A stretch of DNA of 64,000 nucleotides. Origin: Eledone cirrhosa. Its lineage: Eukaryota. The number at the start of each line of letters is the position of its first letter. Within the stretch, counting starts at the first letter, position 1. The stretch lies in the NCBI GenBank assembly GCA_964016885.1, contig OZ024740.1:2976001-3040000 (forward strand). The letters run 5' to 3'. The position numbers and the translations under genes are program-made. Shown here piece by piece: positions 12,889 to 25,249 of this stretch. The notes below the pieces were generated by a model. That model had not been told where the DNA came from and did not search any database. It saw only the letters and a program-made list of their open reading frames with translations.

Positions 12889-12941
12889 ATATATATTTAT
12901 AGATATATAGCAGTTGGTACACAACAGTTAGTTCACCATAC

Positions 12942-12979
12942 CGAGAACAATTGTTTCACCTTAGCGGATCCTCAGCTCG
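12942..12979 (-). ncRNA. Minimal hammerhead ribozyme, left arm of palindrome 12918-13080
   Basis: cgag-CTGAGGA-tcc(gctaa)ggt-GAAA-caattg-TT-ctcg; palindromic stem III ACAATTGT. Confidence 0.7.
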
Positions 12980-13018
12980 TAATGGACATCCGAGCTGAGG
13001 ATTATGAGCTGTCGATTA

Positions 13019-13056
13019 CGAGCTGAGGATCCGCTAAGGTGAAACATTTGTTCTCG
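13019..13056 (+). ncRNA. Minimal hammerhead ribozyme, right arm
   Basis: cgag-CTGAGGA-tccgctaaggt-GAAA-catttg-TT-ctcg; one substitution in stem III. Confidence 0.65.
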
Positions 13057-13281
13057 GTATGGTGAACTAACTGTTGTGTAACCACTTCTACCCAACTCGT
13101 CCCATGGACTGATGCTCTACCACTACGGATATTACCTTCCAGTGTTCTACCACTATATATATATATATATATATAGGTTTTAATATAGATGAGATTCTAC
13201 TCTGATTCTACTTCTTTTATGCTCTGCTATGTATTGAGTACCTTACTTACTGTGGTTACCTCCGATTCAACCCGGAATAAC

Positions 13282-13325
<44 letters not shown>

Positions 13326-13401
13326 CAAAGGAAATGTGGTAAGGAACCAGATGGACCATAACGCACCAAAGTACTCAATACTTAGGGTAGTAGAGTAGGT
13401 A

Positions 13402-13529
13402 ATAGGAATGAGTAGGACACCGACAGCTGAGCTCAAGCCGTTTCGACGGCTAATTCTGGACTAAAATGTGTCCAGAATTAGCCTTCGAAACGGCTTGAGC
13501 TCAGCCGTCGGGGTCCTACTCATTCCTAT
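13402..13529. repeat. Fold-back palindrome carrying hammerhead 3' halves
   Basis: Arms of ~59 bp around taaaatgt. The right arm reads GAAA-cggct(tgagctc)agccg-TC; the CUGANGA half is absent. Confidence 0.75.
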
Positions 13530-14296
13530 ATATATATATATATATATACGTTATTCCGGGTTGAATCGGAGGTAACCACAGTAAGTAAGGTACTCAATAC
13601 ATAGCAGAGTATAAAAGTTTTAATATAGATGAGATTCTACAGGACTAGAACTGTTTTATTCATTAGAAATCATCAGGAATCTGGGTATCAAAAAATAAAA
13701 ATGGTATTTATAGGTCTCTACAAGTGGTAGGAGAGGGTGGGGAGTGGGATGGGTGCAGGTCATTGGTTGATAGAAAAGGGAATTCATTAAAAGCTAATTC
13801 TACAAAGCTATAGTTTATTTTTATTTATTTATGTTTTTAGAGTAACAAGGGCAGACAGAATTCTATAAACAGGTTCCGGATGGCATACCATTCCTTGTCA
13901 ATAAGTTTCTCTTAAGCTAACAGATGTCTATAAAATCAGTGGGGGGTCAGTCATGGTCGATAGAATTAAAGAAAAGGGAGATTCTTTAAAAGCTAAAGTC
14001 ATTAAGTTCTGCTAAGTGACAAAGGTCTAGAGAATTCTGTAGACAGATTCAAAATACTGAGTGCATATCTTACTATTATCTTCAAACTTCTCTTAAACTA
14101 ATCAACTATATGCCAAAAATCAACAGACACATTCACAAAACAACAAAAAAACATACTCACTCACACACTTACGCGCAACCATAAACACACACACAAACAC
14201 ATATACACACATAAAAACACACATACATATATAAAAATATATTCATATACATACATATACATACACACATACATACATACATATATATATATACAC

Positions 14297-14327
<31 letters not shown>

Positions 14328-14873
14328 TATATATATATACATACACACACACATACACATATATACACACACACACACATATATACACATATAAATACAC
14401 TCACACACATACATACAAACAGAAATATACATGTGTATACATATACACACAAATACATATAGACATATATACATACATATACACAGACATATATACACAC
14501 ATATATATATATATATACATACACACATACATACATACACATATATATATACACACACATACGTATACAAATATATATATATATATACATATATACATAC
14601 ACACACATATATATATATATATAAAAACACATACACACACATATATACATATACACACATATATACATACACACACATATATACATATACACACACATAC
14701 ACACAAACACACACACACATATATATACATATACATATGTATATATACATTCATATATATAACCATATACATATATACATATATACACATACACATATAT
14801 ATATATATATACACATAAACAAATATATACACATACAAACACACACACACACATACATACACATATATATATG

Positions 14874-14907
<34 letters not shown>

Positions 14908-14942
14908 TATACACATATATAAGGAAAAAGCACCATACATAC

Positions 14943-15080
<138 letters not shown>

Positions 15081-15144
15081 CCACATAAATATGTACATAT
15101 ATATTAAAAAATTCACACATATACATACATACACACATATATAC

Positions 15145-15197
<53 letters not shown>

Positions 15198-15294
15198 TAT
15201 ACACATACAAACACACATACAAACATACATATACACATACATACACATAAACATATATATACACATATTTACACGCATGTATATACATATATAG

Positions 15295-15333
<39 letters not shown>

Positions 15334-15418
15334 CATATATATACACATATATACATATACATATATACACACACATACACACACATACACACACACATAT
15401 ATACACATACACACACAC

Positions 15419-15451
<33 letters not shown>

Positions 15452-15540
15452 CATATATATACACATATATACATATATATATATATACACACATATATAC
15501 ACACACATACACACACATATATACACATACACACACACAT

Positions 15541-16075
15541 ACATCATCATCATCATCATCATCAGGTTTAGCGTCCGTGTTCCACGCTTGCATGGGTTTG
15601 GACGGGGGTTTTCCCACTTGAGGCAAGAGTGGTTGTCTTGCTCGCATAGGACTGTCTGGCGGGTTTTCTACAGTTGGATGCCCTTCCTAACACCAACCAC
15701 ATTTACAGTGTGGGGCTGGGAGGTTTTTACCGTGTTGCCTACACGGCCACATTACAGCGTGGACTATCTGGCGGGTTTTCTACAGCTGGATGCCCTTCCT
15801 AACACTAACCACATTTACAGTGTGGGGCTGGGAGGTTTTTACCGTGTTGCCTACACGGCCACATTTACAGCGTGGACTGTGTGTTTTTTGTCGTGACACC
15901 TACACGATCTCATTTGTTTCGGCCTGGATGTTGTGGGACCAACATAACTTTACATTGAAAGGGGCGGTGTGGGTGGGGTGGAGGTGGTGGGACGGGGGTG
16001 TGTTTTGATAGAGATGCCTACTGACTGTAGTAGGTTTTTACTTTGTATTTAGGTAAGGCGGGTCTTCTCTATTAC
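15541..16075 (-). mobile_element. RTE LINE 3' end with a 112-bp UTR unit duplicated
   Basis: (cat)n tail; two copies of ctggcgggttttctacag...ggactgt. Confidence 0.9.
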
Positions 16076-16338
16076 ATATATATATATATATATATGTAAG
16101 TATGTATGTATACGCACATACACATATGTATACAGACGTACAGCAGCATGCATATACATATATATATATACATATACATACATACATGCAGGTACACATA
16201 CATATATGCACGCATCAGTTTAGCAGACGCTTATTATAGCGCTTGCTTTGTTCGTTTGTCAACAAACTGAACAGCCTGAATTTATGCCATACGGTGTTAA
16301 GGCAACCACGTCACCTTTTTGTTCAACACTGACACAGG

Positions 16339-16383
16339 AACGATGTACTAGTTTCAAGCTTGTTAGCTATCATCAGCACCGTT
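16339..16383 (-). ncRNA. Minimal hammerhead ribozyme
   Basis: Reverse complement of 16699-16743; same strand as the Epac pre-mRNA. Confidence 0.85.
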
Positions 16384-16698
16384 TACCCATCTGCCAGATA
16401 GTTGAACGTTCGAAAGTATATACTTTCCTTATGAAAATTAACGGCTGAGCAGCCTAATTTGCATATTGAGTGAGTTAAATCGGTCAGGCATACCGAAAAC
16501 GATAAGTTGAAAAAAATGAAAACGAAAAACGAAATTTCATTTCTCACTCTTAGTATGGCACTTCATTTTTTTCAACTTATCGTTTTCGGTATGCCTGACC
16601 GATTTAACTCACTCAATATGCAAATTAGGCTGCTCAGCCGTTAATTTTCATAAGGAAAGTATATACTTTCGAACGTTCAACTATCTGGCAGATGGGTA

Positions 16699-16743
16699 AA
16701 CGGTGCTGATGATAGCTAACAAGCTTGAAACTAGTACATCGTT
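16699..16743 (+). ncRNA. Minimal hammerhead ribozyme
   Basis: aacggtg-CTGATGA-t-agct(aaca)agct-t-GAAA-ctag-TA-catcgtt; GUA triplet. Confidence 0.85.
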
Positions 16744-16905
16744 CCTGTGTCAGTGTTGAACAAAAAGGTGACGTGGTTGCCTTAACACCGTATGGCATAA
16801 ATTCAGGCTGTTCAGTTTGTTGACAAACGAACAAAGCAAGCGCTATAATAAGCGTCTGCTAAACTGATGCGTGCATATATGTATGTGTACCTGCATGTAT
16901 GTATG

Positions 16906-16942
<37 letters not shown>

Positions 16943-17065
16943 GCATGCTGCTGTACGTCTGTATACATATGTGTATGTGCGTATACATACATACTTACAT
17001 TTAAGTAAGTGCCATATTAAGAGTGAGAAATGAAATTTCGTTTTTCGTTTTCATTTTTTTCAACT

Positions 17066-17097
<32 letters not shown>

Positions 17098-17187
17098 CAC
17101 ATACACACACATATATATACACGCACACATATATACACATATATATACACACACACACACACACACATACACATGCATATGTATAAA

Positions 17188-17234
<47 letters not shown>

Positions 17235-17331
17235 ATATATATACAAACATACACATACATACACAGACCTATACATAAATATACACATATATATACACAG
17301 ACATATAACGCATATATACACACATATATAC

Positions 17332-17368
<37 letters not shown>

Positions 17369-17569
17369 CATATATATATACACACACGCATACACACATA
17401 CACACACACACACACACAAATATATATACACACTCTCTCTCACGCACATATATATATATACATATATATACATATATACATATATACATACATACATATA
17501 CACATATACATATATACATACATACATACACATATATATATATATATACATACATATATACATACAAAT

Positions 17570-17620
<51 letters not shown>

Positions 17621-17629
17621 TACACACAT

Positions 17630-17664
<35 letters not shown>

Positions 17665-17669
17665 CATAC

Positions 17670-17700
<31 letters not shown>

Positions 17701-17897
17701 CATATACACATACATATACATACACATATATACATAAACATACATACATACATACACATACATACATACATACATACACATATATACACATATATATATA
17801 TACATATATATACACACATATACATACATATACATACATAAATATACACACATAAAACACATATACACACAAACATATATATATATATATATATATA

Positions 17898-18263
17898 TCG
17901 TGTAGGTGTCACGACAAAAAACACACAGTCCACGCTGTAAATGTGGCCGTGTAGGCAACCCGGTAAAAACCTCCCAGCCCCACACTGTAAATGTGGTTGG
18001 TGTTAGGAAGGGCATCCAGCTGTAGAAAACCCGCCAGACAGTCCACGCTGTAATGTGGCCGTGTAGGCAACACGGTAAAAACCTCCCAGCCCCACACTGT
18101 AAATGTGGTTGGTGTTAGGAAGGGCATCCAACTGTAGAAAACCCGCCAGACAGTCCTATGCGAGCAAGACAACCACTCTTGCCTCAAGTGGGAAAACCCC
18201 CGTCCAAACCCATGCAAGCGTGGAACACGGACGCTAAACCTGATGATGATGATGATGATGATG
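17898..18263 (+). mobile_element. RTE LINE 3' UTR, inverted copy of 15541-15905
   Basis: Near-identical reverse complement, including the doubled 112-bp unit and (gat)n tail. Confidence 0.9.
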
Positions 18264-18773
18264 ATATATACACATACACATACATATACACACATACAAA
18301 CAAATATATACACATACAAATAAATAGGTACTCAATAAATATACGCATATACGCAGGCACATAAAGACACCTCTACAGGCAGAAAATGTAGATACGAAAG
18401 AGGTACTCACATAACCATAGTGGCCGTATTTCAGGTTGAGGAGGGTTGGGGGTAGGGTGGGGAGGAGGTATAGGGGCCAATAGGGGGAGGTCGTTTTTAG
18501 CCATCGGGCTTTAACACTGGCTTAAAGTGTTTGAATGTTGCAAAGTTCTTGTGCATGCAGTTCGGGCAGTGTTCAGAGAGTTTGTTCAGTAGCGGGCCCT
18601 TGGCGAATAAAATTTCGTAGCTCTATGGTCGTGTGTATGCGTGTGTGTATATATATATGTATATATATATATATATGTATATATGTGTGTATATATGCGT
18701 TATATGTCTGTGTATATATATGTGTATATTTATGTATAGGTCTGTGTATGTATGTGTATGTTTGTATATATAT

Positions 18774-18816
<43 letters not shown>

Positions 18817-18836
18817 TTTATACATATGCATGTGTA

Positions 18837-18869
<33 letters not shown>

Positions 18870-18910
18870 GTATATATGTGTGTGCGTGTATATATATGTG
18901 TGTGTATGTG

Positions 18911-18957
<47 letters not shown>

Positions 18958-19046
18958 GTGTGTGTGTGTATGTGTATATATGTGTGTGTGTATGTGTGTG
19001 TATATATGTGTGTGTATATATATATATATATGTATATATGTGTATA

Positions 19047-19089
<43 letters not shown>

Positions 19090-19172
19090 GTGTGTGTATG
19101 TGTATATATGTGTGTGTGTATGTGTGTGTATGTGTGTGTATATATGTATATGTATATATGTGTATATATATG

Positions 19173-19207
<35 letters not shown>

Positions 19208-19312
19208 ATATATATATATATATATATTTATATACATGCGTGTATATATGTGTATATATATGTTTATGTGTATGTATGTGTATATGTATGTTTGTATGTG
19301 TGTTTGTATGTG

Positions 19313-19348
<36 letters not shown>

Positions 19349-19370
19349 TGTGTGTGTGTATGTATGTATA

Positions 19371-19457
<87 letters not shown>

Positions 19458-19776
19458 ATGTATGTGTGTGTGTGTGTGTTTGTATGTGTATATATTTGTT
19501 TATGTGTATATATATATATATATATATGTGTATGTGTATATATGTATATATGTATATGGTTATATATATGAATGTATATATACATATGTATATGTATATA
19601 TATGTGTGTGTGTGTTTGTGTGTATGTGTGTGTATATGTATATATGTGTGTGTATGTATATATGTGTGTATATGTATATATGTGTGTGTATGTGTGTGTA
19701 TGTATATATGTATATATATATATATATTTGTATACGTATGTGTGTGTATATATATATGTGTATGTATGTATGTCTG

Positions 19777-19829
<53 letters not shown>

Positions 19830-20640
19830 ATATATGTCTGTGTATATGTATGTATATATGTCTATATGTATTTGTGTGTATATGTATACACATGTATATT
19901 TGTGTTTGTATGTATGTGTGTGAGTGTATTTATATGTGTATATATGTGTGTGTGTGTGTATATATGTGTATGTGTGTGTGTATGTATATATATATGTGTG
20001 TGTATATATATATATATATATATGTGTATATATATATATATGTATGTATGTATGTGTGTATGTATATGTATGTATATGAATATATTTTTATATATGTGTG
20101 TGTGTTTTTATGTGTGTATATGTGTTTGTGTGTGTGTTTATGGTTGCGCGTAAGTGTGTGAGTGAGTATGTTTTTTTGTTGTTTTGTGAATGTGTCTGTT
20201 GATTTTTGGCATATAGTTGATTAGTTTAAGAGAAGTTCGAAGATAATTGTAAGATATGCACTCAGTATTTTGAATTTGTCTACAGAATTCTCTAGACCTT
20301 TGTCACTTAGTAGAACCTTAATGATTTTAGCTTTTAAAGAATCTCCCTTTTCTTTAATTCTATCGACCATGACTGACCCCCCACTGATCTTATAGACATC
20401 TGTTAGCTTAAGAGAAACTTAATGACAAGGAATGGTATGCCATCCGGAACCTGTTTATAGAATTCTGTCTGCCCTTGTTACTCTAAAAACATAAATAAAT
20501 AAAAATAAACTATAGCTTTGTAGAATTAGCTTTTAATGAATTCCCTTTTCTATCAACCAATGACCTGCACCCATCCCACTCCCCACCCTCTCCTACCACT
20601 TGTAGAGACCTATAAATACCATTTTTATTTTTTGATACCC

Positions 20641-20691
20641 AGATTCCTGATGATTTCTAATGAATGAAACAGTTCTAGTCCTGTAGAATCT
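20641..20691 (+). ncRNA. Type-I hammerhead ribozyme (PLE pLTR-like end)
   Basis: agattc-CTGATGA-t-ttc(taat)gaa-t-GAAA-cag(ttctagtc)ctg-TA-gaatct. The mirror copy at 13632-13682 (-) has GAAA changed to AAAA. Confidence 0.85.
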
Positions 20692-20705
20692 CATCTATAT
20701 TAAAA

Positions 20706-20739
<34 letters not shown>

Positions 20740-20812
20740 TATATCTGCTATATCAAGCGTTAACGTAATATATCCCTTCCATGTACCAATTGTGTTTACC
20801 TTTAACATACAT

Positions 20813-23800
20813 ATCATCATCATCATCATCGTTTAACGTCCATATTCCACACTTGCATGGGTTTGGACGGGAGTTTTCCCACTTGAGGCAAGAGTGGTTG
20901 TCTTGCTCGCATAGGACTGTCTGGCGGGTTTTCTACGGATGGATGCCCTTCCTAACACCAACCACATTTACAGTGTGGGGCTGGGAGGTTTTTACCGTGT
21001 TACCTACACGGCCACATTACAGCCTGGACTGTGTGTTTTTTTGTCGTGACACCTACACGACCTCATTTGTTTCGGGCTGGATGTTGTGGTACCAACATAA
21101 CTTTATATGGAAAGGGGTGGTGTGGATGGGGTGGGGGTAGTGGGACGGGGGTGTATTTTGTTAGAGGTGCCTACTGACTGTAGGTTTCACTTTGTACTTA
21201 GGCAAGGTGGGTCTTCTGTATTACTGTGTAGCGCCAAAGATCTCGGTCCAGTGACATTGTCTTAGAGAGGTGTATGTGTGTGAGGTCGGAATTTATCAAG
21301 TCGTCCCAGGTTTTTCTGGGTCTGCCTACTCCGTGGCTACCGTCTATCTTTATTGCCCTGCACTTTGTTATACAGCTATCGACTTTCATGCGCATCACGT
21401 GTCCATACCAACGTAGCCTTCTCTTGAGTAAACAACATCTGATCCCTCTTATTTCTAATTTTTCCCTTAGTTCGTTTATGCTTTGCCGTTCACGTATATT
21501 ACTATTACACATCCAGCGGAGCATGCAAGCTTCGTTCCTCTCTAGTCTGCGTATATCCTCTGCACACAATACCCAGGTCTCACTGCCATGCAACATTGCT
21601 GTTTGTATGCAGGCATCATACAGCCTGCCTTTCATTTTTAGGGAGAACCCTTTAGCGGCTAATAGTGGTATAAGCTCTCTGAACTTTTTCCACCCAGTTC
21701 TGACTCTAGCTACTGTTCTTTCAGAGCACCCTCCCCCACTGCTGATTTTGTCACCCAGGTAACGGAAGCTGTCCACTATTTCTATAGAACCATCTGTGCA
21801 ATTAAATGAGCTAGTATTCTGTGAGCACTTGCTGCTACTTATTGCACCAGAGCACCGGCCACATGTAAAATCTGTTCTTAGTTAGCTTACCTGTGATCCC
21901 ACTACATCTTTTATGCACCCATACTTTGCATTTGGGACATAAAATGGAGTTTCTACCTACTCCTTTCCTACACTCTGCACATGGCCATTTCCCGGATGGG
22001 ACCGGCGCCTTATTTTCCTTCCTACAAACTAGAACTTTAGTCTTAGACAGGTTAATTTTAAGGCCTTTTGATTCTAGGCCATGCTTCCATGTTTGGAATT
22101 TCTTCTCTAGTTCGGCCATTGATTCAGCTATGAGCGTTAGATCATCTGCGTATAGGAGTTCCCATGGGCAGCCGGTCTTGAACTCCTCTGTTATAGCCTG
22201 AAGGGCAATAATAAATAGGAGGGGGCTAAGGACAGAGCCCCGATGAGCACCAACTTTTACGCTAAACTCTTCACTATATTCGTTGTTAATTCTAACCTTA
22301 CTGACTGTTTCTTTATACATAGCTTGTATAGCTCTCACAAGCCATTCATCAACACCTAGTTTTCTAAGAGCCCACCAGATAATGGAACGGGGGACTCTGT
22401 TGAAGGCTTTCTCCACATCGACAAAAGCTAAGTATAGGGGTTTACTTTTAGCTAGGTACTTCTCCTGTAGTTGTCGTATAATGAAAAGAGCGTCTGTGGT
22501 ACTTTTGCCTGACACAAACCCGAACTGCATTTTATCTAGATCAATTCTCTCTCTAATTAGTTGCGCTATTACTTTTTCTGTGACCTTCATGACCTGGTCG
22601 ATTAATTTAATGCCTCTATAGTTACTCCTATCTAGGGCACCTCCTTTACCCTTGTAGCAGTTAATGATGATGCTGCTACGCCAGTCCTTCGGAACAACCC
22701 CATTCTGTATGACTTTGTTTACTATCCAGGTGACCATGGTGTGTCCCACCGTTCCAGAAGCTTTCAGCATTTCAGCAACTATTTCCGAAGGCCCAACCGC
22801 CTTACTCGTCTTCATATCTTTGATTACCTTACTTATTTTACTACCTTCGACTAACACTGCTGGTCCCTCTATTGTGTCGATGTGGGGGAGACTGTCTTTC
22901 TCCCATTTATTCTCCTCATTTAGTAGCCTTTCGTAGTGACACTTCCAAGCTACCTTCTTATCAGCGTAAGTGATGGCAAGTACACCATCATCATTAAGAA
23001 CACACTTCTCCCCGACAATATCATGGTTTTCCTTGACACATTGCCTAACAATCCTGAACACCTCACGTTTTTGGTCCTCGCGTTGTAGAACATGGTTGAA
23101 CTTTCTTTCCTCTGCTTCACTTCTTGCGAAGTACACTTGTCTCCTAGCTTCCCTCCTGGCCACTTGATAGTCTTCTCTACTTCCCCCATCCCGCCATACT
23201 TTCCAAGCCTGATTTTTGGCCTTAATTGACTCCTCCATCTTACTGTTCCACCACCATTTTACTCTCCTCCTGCTTATAGGCCTGCTCCAGCCACAGACTT
23301 CGTCTGCCGCCATCAGCAGGTTTGCTTTCAGGAATTCACACTGTTCCTCTATATTGTACGACTCTAAATGCTCTTCCTTACTGTCGAAAGCATCAAGTAA
23401 TATGCTTTTAAATTTATTTCTGGTTGTGGGGTCCTTTAGCTTCCATATTTTTCTCCTGAGGATAGTCCTCTTCTGCTGTCGAGTACGTCTCGTCCTGACT
23501 ATGAGGTCGCTAATTATCAGTCTATGTTGGGAGGTGCATTCTTCATGGGGGAGGGATTTAGTGTTTACAACAGACACTCTGTCACGTATGTTCCCCTGAT
23601 CTGTAGGTGATCAAGTGATTGTCTCGTTTTTTGAAGTTAGTGTTACAGATAGTTAGGTTATTTGCGTCACAGAATTCCAGGATTCTGGAGCCTTCCTCAT
23701 TTCTAGTACCAAACCCATAGCCTCCGTGGATTCCGTCATAGCCGTCACAATGTTGACCAACGTGACCATTTAGGTCGCCAGCAATAATTATATAGTCACT

Positions 23801-24463
23801 GTCAGTTATTTGGGAGGTAGTGAGCATCAGTGTCTCATAGAAACTGTCTTTTATAGCGCCAGGTAGTCCAGATTGGGGTGCGTAAGCAGATATTACTGTC
23901 ACAGTAGTTCTATTTAGAACAAGTCTTATTTTAATTATTCTGTCATTCACTCTATTTACGTCTATTATCTTATCCACCCATTTTTCTGCTAGCATGATTC
24001 CTACCCCACCCAGCCCATTGTCATTTCCCACCCAGAAAAGCTTATAGCATCGTTTTTTACCCACAATGAATCTAGCAGACCCGCCCCTCCACCTGGTCTC
24101 TTGGATACAGCAAACATCAACCTCCTTACGTTCAAGCATTTCTACAACCTCGTTAGAGCGGCCTTTTAAGGTGCCTACATTCATGGTACCAACTCTGAAG
24201 TTTTGGATTGCGTTTGGTGGGTGGGGCGCAGGGAGGGGTGAGGGGGATGGGTTTGGGGTTATGTTGGCAATCCGCGGCCGCAACAAAGAGGGGGGGGGGG
24301 CCTTGCCCTTTCGTCCGGCAGCATGAGGTGAATTTGTCGTTATCTTTGGCATTGTCTCCGAGTGTCCAGATTCTTCAGACTCTCCAGAAATTCCTTAGTC
24401 CATCCATCATATCGAAAAGCAACCAGAAGTGATAGCATAGGCCGTTGACTTGTGATTGGTCCA
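20813..24463 (-). mobile_element. Near full-length RTE LINE (APE endonuclease + RT), disrupted
   Basis: ORFs 23582-24352 (GTMNVGTL, CIQETRW, AGDLNGHVG), 21835-23577 (NYRGIKL, LAFVDVEKAF, LLYADDL, PHD-like CxxC) and 21198-21776; internal deletion/stop near 23581; (ATG)n tail. Confidence 0.95.
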
Positions 24464-24584
24464 ATATATATATATATGCATATATATATGCATACATATA
24501 TATATGCATACATAAATATATGCATATATATATACATGCATACATACATATATATATATATATATGTATGGATGTATATATATA

Positions 24585-24915
24585 GCACATGGCTTAGTGG
24601 TTAGAGCATTGGGCTTGCTTGTAATCGAGAGGTTGTGAGTTCAATTCTCAGACCGGGTGATGTGTTGTTTCCTTGAGCAAGACACTTTATTTCACATTGC
24701 TCCAGTTTACTCAGCTGTAGAAATGAGATGATAGGGACTAGGGTCCCTATCATTCCACTGCAAAGTGGTCGTGGAGGTGCCACGGCAAAAAAGCACACAG
24801 CACTCACTGTAAATGAGGTTGGAAGGGCATCCAACTGTAGAAATCAAACCAGAATCAGTTCCCGTCCCACCCTTGCAAGCAGGGAAAAGTGGATGTAAAA
24901 TGATGATGATGATGA
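24585..24915 (+). mobile_element. tRNA-derived SINE (family A) with RTE-derived 3' tail
   Basis: A-box tggcttagtgg, B-box gagttcaattc, core ccttgagcaagacacttta. The tail aagggcatccaactgtagaaa...(tga)n is shared with the RTE 3' UTR. Confidence 0.88.
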
Positions 24916-25077
24916 TATGCATGCATATATATATATATGCATATATATGCATATATATGTATATATATAAATATATATATGCTTGTGTCCACCTGACTGA
25001 TAGCAGCTGACAATGCAGCAATGATGTTGTGTATGCAACTGCAAGTAGTGCAGTTGGTGCTAATATGGTGCACTCAC

Positions 25078-25172
25078 CTTGCTCTCAGCTGCATCATATG
25101 TTCTATGACTATCAAATCATTCTTCAGCTCTGGATATTCCACACAGTCTATAGATAAGGTCTGCTGAAGTTC
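25078..25172 (-). CDS. RAPGEF4: Epac exon, REM domain end
   Basis: tttgtag|GAACTT...GCAAG|gtgagt; 95 nt, phase 0/2; ELQQTLSIDCVEYPELKNDLIVIEHMMQLRA. Phases join 37400-37544 to 5012-5151. Confidence 0.88.
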
Positions 25173-25249
25173 CTACAAATATATATACATGCATATATAT
25201 ATATATAGATATAGATACATAGGGAGAGAGACATAGAGATAGATATGTT

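Larger units (their letters stand above)
16093..17068. mobile_element. Palindromic ORF-less hammerhead element (retrozyme-like), 488-bp permuted unit
   Basis: 16093-16519 mirrors 16563-17000. The spacer 16520-16562 reappears inverted at ~17007-17050. tcatttttttcaacttat recurs at 16563 and 17051. Both ends lie in (TA)n. Confidence 0.8.

Noticed and set aside
16248-16834. Two identical 66-aa ORFs on opposite strands
   Set aside because: A consequence of the palindrome; non-ATG start, antisense to the ribozyme, and no recognisable motif.
18400-18630. Possible LINE 3' remnant or G-quadruplex tract
   Set aside because: Too short and degraded to assign by eye.
24585-24660. tRNA gene
   Set aside because: A and B boxes are present but there is no complete cloverleaf, and the sequence continues into a SINE body.
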